This document shows positions 41,002 through 51,100 of a stretch of 64,000 bases of DNA, one piece after another. This stretch comes from a bacterium (GTDB taxonomy: Bacteria; Tectomicrobia; Entotheonellia; J063; CAVPRW01), in the NCBI GenBank assembly GCA_046727435.1, contig JBKPCR010000099.1, positions 253 to 64,252 of the forward strand. Direction: 5' to 3'. The notes under the pieces are model-generated. The model was not told the origin of the DNA. It searched no databases and saw nothing but the letters and a program-made list of their open reading frames with translations. Numbering within the stretch: position 1 is the stretch's first letter; each line of letters starts with the position of its first letter. The translations under genes and the position numbers were made by a program.

Positions 41002-42560
41002 GGGTGTCTGCCCACGACGACGACCCCGCCGAGCGCGGGGTCACACATAAACCATCGCGCCAGAATCCGTCGCAATGCCTGGGCCGAGCCGCGTGGGCGC
41101 AGGCAGTGATCGGCATACTCGGCGGCGGGACTGTTCAGCTCGTACACGCAGGACGGTGCGTCAAGGCTGGGATCGACGCCGTATCTTCCCACAACCTTGG
41201 CACCGCCGCGTGCGATCGCTCGCTCGACGCGCCGCAGGCGCAACGGCAGCGTGGCAAGCGTCACCAGGCGAGCAACGGGTGGAGCATTGAGTCCAATTGC
41301 GTACGCGATCCAGTCACCTGAAGACATCCCATCCAGAGCCGTACGAAGAGCTTCACGGTCGAAGCGAAGCGGATTGCGTTCCAGCAGCACGTTGCAGCGC
41401 GGGCCGGTTCCAGCCGTTGCTGCGACCTCGCCGAAAAGCAGAGCCGCGAGCACCTCAGGATCTGGGCGCGCGCCAATCAGCCGACGATACAGCCGCACGT
41501 ACTCGAACGCCGTCCGCTCGGGGCGGCAATTCTCCTCCATGCGCTGGCGGCCAGCCGCACCCAGCCGGTGGCACAGGTCGGGAGATTGAATCAGCCGATC
41601 GATTGCTGCCGCCAGGGCGCCGGCATCGCCAGCCGGCACCAGCAGACCTGTTTCTTCATGGGCAACGAGCGAGGGAATGCCGCCGACGTCGCTCGCGACG
41701 ACCGGAATCCCGAGCGACATCGCCTCAATGATGCTCCGGGGCCTGGCTTCGCTGAATGAGGGGAGGACGAACACGTCGCCTGCGCTCAGGACTGCGCCGA
41801 TATCCTGCCGATGATTTTCGAAATGGACGCGCGAGGCCACGCCCGCGTCCTGCGCCATGACCTTGAGGTGCTGCGGATATCCCGGGGTGCCCCAGTCCCC
41901 ACCGGCGATCAGCAGCTCCGAGGAACCTTGAAGGCGGGCGAACGCCTCAATAAGTACGTGGAGGCCTTTCCGCTCGACGACCTGGCCGAGAAAGACCAAA
42001 CGTGCGACGCCCAGGCGTCTTGGCGGCAGCGCACGTTCGGGCACCATTGTCAAGCGCACCCGGTCGGGACGGAATAAGTCACCGGTGATAACCACCCTTG
42101 GCGCGAGCGGCGAGTCGAGTAGATCGGCCGCGTGCGCGCGGCAGTTCGCGACGTAGGCATCAACCCACCGGTTTGAGAGATTGTCGGGAATGACCGATCC
42201 ACCAGCACGCGCGACGATTGGTATTCCACAGATATAGGCTGCGCAGGCGAGCGATGGACCGTAGCCAGCATAGTTCAGGTGGACCACATCGGGACGCCAC
42301 CTCGCGAGACGGAGCATCCACGCGAGCACATCGATCGTGTAGAGTGGGAGGCCGCGCCTAGAGATCGGGCGGCTCCGCGCCCGTAACGTCTCGATGCCAC
42401 GGCGGGCCGCTTCGTCGCAGAGCTCAGGGGAGAGGGAACCGCACAGGGCGATACGCACATCTTCCGGGGCGGCGAGCTCTGCGAGATCGAGCGCGTCGTT
42501 GACAGCGCCGATGCGCAGATCGGCGCTGTTCAGCTCAATCAAAATTCGCAAGTCTGCCAT
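40998..42560 (-). CDS. Glycosyltransferase family 4 with about 150-aa C-terminal extension.
   Basis: GT4 C-domain SEARPRSIIEAMSLGIPVVASDVGGIPSLVAHEETGLLVPAGD. 520 aa. Confidence 0.75.
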   Translation of the reverse strand: MADLRILIELNSADLRIGAVNDALDLAELAAPEDVRIALCGSLSPELCDEAARRGIETLRARSRPISRRGLPLYTIDVLAWMLRLARWRPDVVHLNYAGYGPSLACAAYICGIPIVARAGGSVIPDNLSNRWVDAYVANCRAHAADLLDSPLAPRVVITGDLFRPDRVRLTMVPERALPPRRLGVARLVFLGQVVERKGLHVLIEAFARLQGSSELLIAGGDWGTPGYPQHLKVMAQDAGVASRVHFENHRQDIGAVLSAGDVFVLPSFSEARPRSIIEAMSLGIPVVASDVGGIPSLVAHEETGLLVPAGDAGALAAAIDRLIQSPDLCHRLGAAGRQRMEENCRPERTAFEYVRLYRRLIGARPDPEVLAALLFGEVAATAGTGPRCNVLLERNPLRFDREALRTALDGMSSGDWIAYAIGLNAPPVARLVTLATLPLRLRRVERAIARGGAKVVGRYGVDPSLDAPSCVYELNSPAAEYADHCLRPRGSAQALRRILARWFMCDPALGGVVVVGRHP

Positions 42561-42584
42561 TGTTGACTCCGCCGCAGAGCCCGA

Positions 42585-43616
42585 TCACTCAAGCGTGGCG
42601 CCGGGCCGGTGCGGCTCGATGTGGCCGTGCTGATGCGTCGGCTTACGCACTCGAGTGATGACCGGCTCCAGCCAGTGCCACGCCAACGCCCCGACACGGC
42701 GCTTCCAGCGGAACCGCCGCCACGCGCCCCACAACTCGATATCCGGAGAGATGCCAGCCGCGAGCGCGAGAAAGGCATCGCACGTGCGCTGGTCGCCATT
42801 CTCGAAGGCTGTCGTGCCGCTCCAGAACGCCGCTTCGGCAATTGTGCGATTCGCTGCGCGCTCGAAGTCGGCAATCTGGGGCCACGGCGGGGCGTATTCG
42901 CGGAAGTGCGTATCGAAGGCCCGCTTCTGTTCTTCCAGCCGGCGAAGCGGCGAATACTCCAGGCTCATGTTAGCGGCGTGGAGACGCCGGAATGCCTGCT
43001 CCGCGTCGATCTCGGCGACCGCGGCATGAACGGCCATCCGCAGCCAGATCTCAGTGTCGCCGCTGTGCGGCAACTCGGCTCGATAGCCGCCAATCTCGCG
43101 GTGCAGCGCCGTACGAACGATCGCCGTCGGCGCCTGAATAGGCGTGTGACCGAGCCTGCACGAGATGTCGAGGAACTCGAGATAAGTTAGGATCCGGTTT
43201 CCACAGTACTCCCCGCCGGTGGTGAGATGGGAGGGCGGTGCATCCCGAAACGTGATATCATGCCCGTAGGTGAGCCCTACCTCGGGATGGGCGTCCATGA
43301 GACGCGTTGCGCGCATCAGCGAGCCCGGCGTCAGCAGATCATCGGCCGAGAGGATCATACAATAGTCACCGGTCAAGTCGTCCAACGCCTCGTTGTACGT
43401 GGCGATATGCCCACGATTGACGTCGTGGCGCCGGTACTCGACGCGTGGATCCTGTGCCGCCAAGCGCCTGCCGATTTCGGGTGTAGTGTCCGTCGACGCG
43501 TCGTCCATGATGATGATTCGTGCATCGACCTCCTGCTGTGACAACACGCTGGCGACGCACGCGTCGAGCAGGTCGCCATAGTTGTAGCAGGGCACGATGA
43601 CATCTACGCGCGGCAT
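42585..43616 (-). CDS. Glycosyltransferase family 2.
   Basis: VDVIVPCYNYGDLLDACVASVLSQQ...RIIIMDDASTDTT...YCMILSADDLL (DxD). Confidence 0.85.
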   Translation of the reverse strand: MPRVDVIVPCYNYGDLLDACVASVLSQQEVDARIIIMDDASTDTTPEIGRRLAAQDPRVEYRRHDVNRGHIATYNEALDDLTGDYCMILSADDLLTPGSLMRATRLMDAHPEVGLTYGHDITFRDAPPSHLTTGGEYCGNRILTYLEFLDISCRLGHTPIQAPTAIVRTALHREIGGYRAELPHSGDTEIWLRMAVHAAVAEIDAEQAFRRLHAANMSLEYSPLRRLEEQKRAFDTHFREYAPPWPQIADFERAANRTIAEAAFWSGTTAFENGDQRTCDAFLALAAGISPDIELWGAWRRFRWKRRVGALAWHWLEPVITRVRKPTHQHGHIEPHRPGATLE

Positions 43617-43798
43617 AGTCTGTGGTCTCCCAGGAACGGGCTGAGCACCCTCACATGCCCGACCGCTCGACGTCCAGCCTTGAACCCTTCCAATCTTCGA
43701 GTCAACATCGCGGGCGAGCCCTCAGCCTGTGAACGGCGGCAGCACAGACGGTACAAAATGTTCTGTGAGTATTAATGTCTGTACGGGCTCGATCCTGT

Positions 43799-44407
43799 TC
43801 ATATCACACCCCGGCTTGTGGCTCCAGGCTGCTTAATGATGGCCGGCACACCGACGGCCAGACACCCTGCAGGTACTGGGGTTCGAACGACAGCATTGGC
43901 GCCAATGCGACAATAGTCCCCTACTTCAATCCGTCCCAATATTTTGGCCCCAGCACCAATCACTACATGGTTGCCGATGCTTGGAGCACCACCCCAGCCC
44001 CCGAGATCTCCCAGGGTGACACCATGATAGATGGTGCAGCCTTCGCCGATGACGGCCTCGGAATGGACGATGATGCCTCCGAAATGATGAATGCGCAAGC
44101 CTCTCCCGATCCGGGCTTGCACCGGAATCGAGATGCCAGTGGTGATCTCTGTAAAGCGTTCGATGAAGAAGCGAATCGGCTGCGTCGGAATGCCACGCTC
44201 ATGGAACCAGCGAAAGATCCGGTAGACCAAGAGCGCCTGGAACCCCTGAGAGAGCACTCCACGGGTTAGGGTGCGCAGGCCCGGATTCTCCTCGCGGAGC
44301 CGCTTAACATCAGCTCGGATTATCTGCCAGAACGGCTCTGACTTCGACTGTAGGTTTGACTCGTTGAGTATCCTGGCCATTTTTACTGTAAGAGGGGGGT
44401 TAGTCAA
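43799..44407 (-). CDS. Serine O-acetyltransferase-like (CysE family LbH acetyltransferase).
   Basis: SAT N-terminal helices followed by GISIPVQARIGRGLRIHHFGGIIVHSEAVIGEGCTIYHGVTLG...GNHVVIGAGAKILGRIEVGDYCRIGANAVV. Confidence 0.75.
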   Translation of the reverse strand: MTNPPLTVKMARILNESNLQSKSEPFWQIIRADVKRLREENPGLRTLTRGVLSQGFQALLVYRIFRWFHERGIPTQPIRFFIERFTEITTGISIPVQARIGRGLRIHHFGGIIVHSEAVIGEGCTIYHGVTLGDLGGWGGAPSIGNHVVIGAGAKILGRIEVGDYCRIGANAVVRTPVPAGCLAVGVPAIIKQPGATSRGVI

Positions 44408-44463
44408 TAGTCTTTATGAACTGCGTTAGCACCACGCATGAAGTGGGACTCGGCGCAGAGAAT

Positions 44464-44688
44464 TTAGCGACGACCAACGAGGGCGAGCAATTCACCGGCG
44501 AGACCGTTGAGCACACGCGGCAGCGCTACCACCTCGCACGTCAACGCCTGCAACGGGCAGCTGCGGCATGGAATTGTACCGGGAAGCGACCCAAGTCTAT
44601 CCATCCAAGCAGCATCGACGACAATGATCTTGTTCGCGGCATGTGTCTGCCCGAGCACTGATGCAATCGTGTCGCTCACAAGGTGCAC
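44464..44688 (-). pseudogene. Possible GT2 N-terminal remnant.
   Basis: ASVLGQTHAANKIIVVDAA resembles the GT2 S.L.QT....EIIVVDD block, but the flanking catalytic motifs are absent. Confidence 0.25.
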
Positions 44689-44814
44689 CGCGTTAAAGCG
44701 AGGAAGATAACGTTCATCTAAATCATGCTTTCTCCCTGCATTGTCAAGAAGTGGAAGACTCGCTCATGAGCGGTCGATACCGTTCGCTCCAATCAGCTTC
44801 TTGTGGATTCAGAA

Positions 44815-45162
44815 TCATTCACACTTATCGAGGCAATCGATATATTTTTCTTGGCACTTTGTTGATGCTTCCCAATTATTCTTAGTACCAGGTTTATCTT
44901 TCTCCTTCGCGTCTTTCTCGCAATCGTATCTAGGTTTATTACAGCGTTCCAAGCACTTAAATTTCTTATCCATTTGGGCCAGGAGAAAAATCCCCTCGGG
45001 AAGCCTCTCGGGTGAATTGGGGTCTAGATCGCATACCGCCTCCACCGCGTCACCTAATGTGTCCTTCGGCGCAGTTGCAAGTCCGGCTAGACCGAGAACT
45101 GCGGTTCCGCCCAGAGTGGCCAGGCCCAGAAGCACAGCAAGAAAAGTCTTCCTCATTGGCAT
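44815..45162 (-). CDS. Small secreted Cys-rich, Lys/Glu-rich protein (115 aa), low GC.
   Basis: Signal peptide MPMRKTFLAVLLGLATLGGTAVLGLAGLATA. The mature part has 7 Cys (CDLD, KFKC, ERC, YDC, TKC, IDC, DKC) and a KEKDKPGTKNN stretch. It starts 29 bp downstream of the giant gene's stop. The 3' half is about 40% GC. Confidence 0.55.
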   Translation of the reverse strand: MPMRKTFLAVLLGLATLGGTAVLGLAGLATAPKDTLGDAVEAVCDLDPNSPERLPEGIFLLAQMDKKFKCLERCNKPRYDCEKDAKEKDKPGTKNNWEASTKCQEKYIDCLDKCE

Positions 45163-45190
45163 ATCCTTTCTGCTTTATCGGTTCAGTAGC

Positions 45191-48100
45191 TTACATAGCT
45201 CCCGGGTTGTAAGTAAGGGTGAGGTTGTGGAGGACTGGGGTTTGTCCAGGAATCGTGGTGATCAGCTGGGCCTGATACTGAATGTAGCGCGTGCTACCGC
45301 CGATCGTCGCCCCCGAGCTTGACAGAGGGGTGAACGGGGTCCACGTCCCATCCGGGATCGGCGTGGTGCCCTGGCGCACGCTGATGCGGAGACTCGTGCC
45401 ACTGGGCACGGTACTCGTCCAGCTGGCTGTGCCCCAGCTCACCAGTGCCCCCGCATTGAACACCTGGGAGGTGAAGATGCCCGATGTGGCATAGGGGGTC
45501 ATGCGCAACCAGTCCACCACCACCGTGCCGCCCCCCGCCGTGGCGTCGCTGACCAAGGGCCGCATGGGGGTCGTACTGGCACGCGCGTGGGTGGCCACCA
45601 CGGTGCCGTCGACCGAATAGACCACGTTCGTCGCATTCCAGTCGATGCGGAAGCGATGCGGGGCACCCAGCCGGCCGCTGCCCAGCGGCGTACTAGTTGT
45701 GGTCGACCCGAACCGGGTCTGGGCGAGGAGGTTGCCGCCCTGGGTGGTGAACCTCGCCCAAGGCGCGATGCTAAAGTCAGTGCCGAAGCCAACGTTCTGG
45801 TTCGCCGCGCCGCTGAAGGTGGCCACGAATTCGAGCGAGCGGCCGGCTCCGAACGTGGCCGTGGTGCCGGCACGCGCGCCATCGATGGTGAGCATGCCGT
45901 TGGCGACCGTGGCGGTGCCGGAGAAGGCGGTCCAGCCGCTGGGTAGGGCGGTGCCATCGAACTCGGTCCGGATGGTCGGGGCTAGGAGCACTTCGCCGTC
46001 AGCGGTCTGGCCGATGTAGGTGCCAGCCTCGGGCGTGCCGGTACGGAAGTCGACGACTGTGGTATCCAGGAAGGTTCCGGGCGGTAAGGATGGGGTGAAC
46101 ACGACATCGACCCAGTAGTTGCTGGCATTGAAGGTTTGGGTGGGGAAGGCGCTGCTGGCACTATAGATATAGACGCCGTTGCCGCCCGCCTCGCCATCGG
46201 CCAGGGCCCGTAGCGGGCCGTTGGTGAAGGCGGTGCCAAAGTAGGGCTCGTTGAGGGCGTAGTGCCCCGTGTCGGTGTGGTAGGAGGCGACGTAGATGAT
46301 GCCGGCTTTGATGGGGACGGGGCTGGCGAAGCTGGCCTGCTGCCAGCCCGAGGCCGTCTCGCCGCTGAAAGTGACGCTGGTCAGCGGTATGCCGGCGGCC
46401 GTCCACAGGGTGCCCACATGTACCCCGGTGTTGGTCGTGCCCTTGTAGAAGCGCAGGCCGGTGATGTAGCCATCGCTCTGGGCTTGGAACTTCACGCCGA
46501 CCTCCACCCGCTTCGCATCGTTATCGGCCGCCACCGCCGGCACCGTCGCATCGCTCCACAAACTACACGGACACGCCGCCGACGCCGAGATGGTGAAGGT
46601 TTGGGTATTGGAGGTGCCACCACCTGGGGCTGGGTTGAAGACCGTCACCGCAGCAGTCCCGGTTGCGGCGATGTCTGCAGCCGCAATCGCGGCCGTCAGC
46701 TGTGTTGCGGAGACAAATGTCGTCGGCCGATTTGCCTCATTCCAGCGGACCACCGAGTTGGTGACAAAATTCGTCCCGTTCACCGTCAGTGTAAACGCTG
46801 CTCCGCCCGCTATCGCCGAATTTGGCGCGAGGCCGCTCGTTGTCGGCACGGGGTTATTGGATGGCGGCGCCTGGGTGGTGAACACGACATCGACCCAGTA
46901 GTTGCTTGAGTTAAAGGTCTGGCTGGGGAAGGCGCTCGCGCCATAGACAAAGAGGCCGTTGCCACCCTCCTCGCCATTGGCCAGTGCCCGCAGCGGCGGA
47001 TTACTGACGCCTGAGCTCGCAAAGTATGCCCCATCGAACGCGTAATTCCCCGCGGTGGTGTGATACGACGCAACATAGGTAGTGTTGGTGGTGATCGCCA
47101 CCGGCGCAGATAGGGTGACCTGCTGCCAGCCGGAGGCAGTCTCATTGGTGAAGGTAGCGCTTGCCAGCAGGGTCCCGCTGCTGGTCCAAAGATTGCCCAC
47201 ATGCGTACCCGTATTACTCGCCCCCTTGTAGAAGCGCAGCCCCGTGATGAAGCCATTCACGGTTGACTGGAACTTCACTCCGAGCTCGACGGCATTCGGA
47301 TCGTTCGCCGACGCCACTGTCGGGGTCGTGGCGTTACTCCACAGGCTGCACGGACATGCAAGCGGTGTGGTGGTGAATGAGGAGGTGACGTTGGCCAAAG
47401 CATTGCCAGCCTGATCCTTGGCGCCGGTGATGGTCATCGTATAGGTCGTCCCGAACGCCAGCGTGTCAATTGGATTTACGGTAGCAGTATGCGTCGCAGC
47501 GTTATAGGTGACGGTGACGGGCACGAGGGTGCCATTGGCATCCCGGAGCTCGATGGTACTTGTATTGATCGTCGCCGGATCCATCGCCTCGCTAAAGGTG
47601 ATGGTGAAGCTGGCTGCGGGATCGACATTGGTCGCGCCGTTCGGCACGGAGGTCGAGCCGACCGTTGGCGGCGTCGTATCGGGTGCATAGGTGGCTTGAT
47701 AGGTGCCCACGGTGGCTGCAAAGAAGGCATAGTCGATACCTTTAACGACCTGTGTTGAGTAGGACACCGAGGCGCCATTCCGTGTGATACCAGTCAGTGC
47801 ACCAGCGGCAACCGTTGTCGGCAACATGGCCTGGATGCCATTCGTGCCCGAGCCCGGAGTTATGGTGAAGCTCAGGGTATTCCCATTCCAGGCCAGTGAC
47901 CCAAACGACGAGCTATCGCGGCCGTCCAGCCAGGTCAACATTTGTCGGGCGGAGACCACGGGCACGCCGCGAGCCTGCGCCGAGGCGATGATTGCATCCG
48001 ATCCGCTTGAGGACACGGAGTCCGTGTGCATGTTGGCGGTGAAGGCACCGTAATAGCCCTCAGTGCCGATTGCTTTGTCCAAAAGCGCATTGATTGTAAA

Positions 48101-51100
48101 GGGGTATGTCTGGCCGGACTCGTCGGTCATCTGCGTCGTCGCTTGATAGATATCGATCATGGTGCCGTCCAGAAGCGCAAAGCGCATCGGCATACCAGAG
48201 CCGGTAAAGAACCCTGGACGGTCAGCGAGCCAACTGGGCGGCCAGTAGTAGTAGTTCGTGTCAAGACGAATGCCGTGGGCCAGCTCGACCTGAGGCTGGG
48301 TCATGTAGTCACTCCACACGATGCAGTGCGTCCGGTTGGTCGTGGGGGCTGGGACGCTCGGGAAGGTCGAAGCGAACGTGGCGAGCTGGTCGCTATAGAA
48401 TGATTCAAGCGACGAAGGTGTCGTCCAGTTATCGCATCCAGTGGTGACGTGTAGGCCCACCTCGAAGCCCTGGGCGACGTAGGAGGCGGCCTGTGCATCC
48501 GTCAGTGGAGTGGTTGGATAGATGTACGAGGTGCTGCGGATACACTCCCAGTCGGCGACCAAGCAACCTGCTGGGCTATTCGCTTTGTATTGGTCAAAGC
48601 GGCCAGCGGTACCACCATTCGCATGATCGTCGCCGGTCATGATGACGACGGCCTTTTTGCCGTGAGGGAAGTACCAAAAGCGCGGCAGCGGCTTTTTGTC
48701 GCGGTTCATGGACAGGATGAGATTTGCCAGCAGGCGCTGCTGCTCATCCGCCTGTGGGATCGCAACCTTGTTCAGGTCGACCCAGTCTGGCTGAGGGTCA
48801 CCGGAGGCGTTTCCGAAGAACATGTCGTCGGAACGCCTCGGTGGGAAGCCATCGCGCTCTTGTCCAGCCCAGTCGGTATTGCCCTGCCGCATGTCGACGA
48901 CCGAGAGCGCCAGGTCGTATGTGAAGGCGGCTGCTTGACCTCCGTTCGTGCCAACGCTGCGTAGCGTGACAGCTGGGTTCGCGGTCGCCGTGCTGGCATT
49001 CGAGTAGAGCGTGGCGAGACGTGAGGCGCCGCTGAGTGTGTAGCGATCGGCGATGCCACGGTATTGAATGGTCTGGCTTACGATCCCCGCGCCGGGCCCC
49101 GTCGAGGTGTCCACCAGGAGGTAGGCATTCGCCAGTATCGACGACGTATCGGTCAGCCCGAGCAGGCTGGCGAGTTGCTTGTCCGGGCGCATGGCGATCA
49201 ATTTTCCGCCAGCGTTGACCCAATCACTGAACATTGTAACCTGGGCGGGTGTGAGCGATAGCGGGCCGAGAATGACCACGTCATAAGCAGCCAGCGTTGG
49301 TGTCGAGACCGCAGAGATGTCGCTGACATCGAAGGCGTTGAAGCCTTCGGTACGTAGAATCTCGGCGTAATAGCGACTGAAGGGGTTTGATGCGCCAGCA
49401 ACGACTAAGATCGGTCCACCCGGCCCCTGGTCGGGCGCGGACGCTGCAGAGGGGGCCGCTGCGGCCAACGACGAGGGGCCGTCGGCGCTTAGTGTGTTGG
49501 CTGTTAGTGTGTTGCCTGACGGATCCTGCACGCCATCGGCGCCGCCTTTGAGCGTAGTCGCTAAGGTTCCCATCTGCGCCAGGGACCCGCTCGGCGCAAA
49601 CGTGTCGGCGACAGCTGTGGAGCTGAAGCTGCTGGCGCCCGTCATCGTCCCGCCCGCCGCCTCGTTAATGGTGAGGTCGTGGAGGACTGGGGTTTGTCCA
49701 GGAACGGTGCTGGCGAGCCTGGCTTGATACTGAATGTATTGCGAGCTGCCCACAATAGTTGCCCCCGAGCCCGACAGGGGAATCCAGGAGCCCGTCAGGG
49801 GTAGCGTGTTGCCTAGCCGCACACTGATGCTGAGACTCGTCCCACTCGGCAGCTGGCTCGTCCAGCTGGCCGTCCCCCAACTCACCTGTGCCCCCGCATC
49901 GAACACGCGGGAGGTGAAGATGCCCGATGTGGCATAGGGGCTCAGCCGCAGCCAGTCCACTACGACACTGCCGCCCCCCACTGTGCGGTCGCTGGCCAGG
50001 GGGCTCATGTTTTGGCTAATGGCACGGTTGTGGGTGGCCACCACGGTGCCGTCGACCGAATAGACCACGTTTGAAGCATTCCAATCGATGCGGAAGCGAT
50101 GCGGGGCCCCAAGCCGGCCGCTCCCTAGCGTCGTATTATTTGTGGTCGATCCGAGTCGGGTTTGGGCGTAGAGGTTGCCGCCGCCGCGCGTGGTAAACAT
50201 CGCCCACGGCGCGGTGCTGAAGTCGGGCGTGGTGGTGTTGGTGAAGCCGACGTTCTGGTTGGCCGCCCCGCTGAAGGTGGCCACGAATTCGAGCGAGCGG
50301 CCCGGCCCGTATGGGGCCACCTGACCGGCACGTGCCCCATCCAGGGTGAGCACGCCATTGGCGACAGTAGCGGTGCCGCCGGTGCTCCAGGCAGGGGCAG
50401 TCCAGCCGGCGGGCAGGGTAGTGCCCGTGAATTCGGTCCCGACGGTCGGGAGCAGGAGCACTTCGCCATCGGCGGTCTGGCCGATGTATGTGTTGGCCCC
50501 AGGGGTGCCATTGGGGGTGCCAGCGCCGAAGTCGGCTACAGTGGTGTCGGTAAAATGCGGGGGCACCTGCGTGGTGAACACGACATCGACCCAGTAGTTG
50601 CTGGCGTTAAAAGTTTGGGTGGGGAAGGCGCTGGCGCCATAGACATAGACGCCGTTGCCGCCCGGTGTGCTGCTGGCCAGGGCTTGCAGCGGGCCATTGG
50701 TGAAGGCGGTGGCGAAGTAGCCCTCGTTGACGGCGTAATGCCCCGTATTGGTGTGGTAGGAGGCGACATAGGTGGTGTTGGCGGCGATCGCCACCGGCGA
50801 GGCGAAGCTGACTTGCTGCCAGCCGGAGGCGGTCTCGCCTGTGAAGGTGACGCTGGTCAGCAACGTGCCAGTCGCGGTCCACAGGGTGCCCACATGCGTC
50901 CCGGTGTTAGTCGTGCTCTTGTAGAAGCGCAAGCCGGTGATGAAACCAGCGGCCTGGGCCTGGAACTTCACCCCCACCTCGATGGCCTGATTGTCCGGGT
51001 CGGCCGCCACCGCCGGCACCGTCGCGTTACTCCACAAACTGCATGGACAGATCGGCGAGGATGAAGCCGCTGTGGTGAACGACCAGGTTACGTCGGCACT

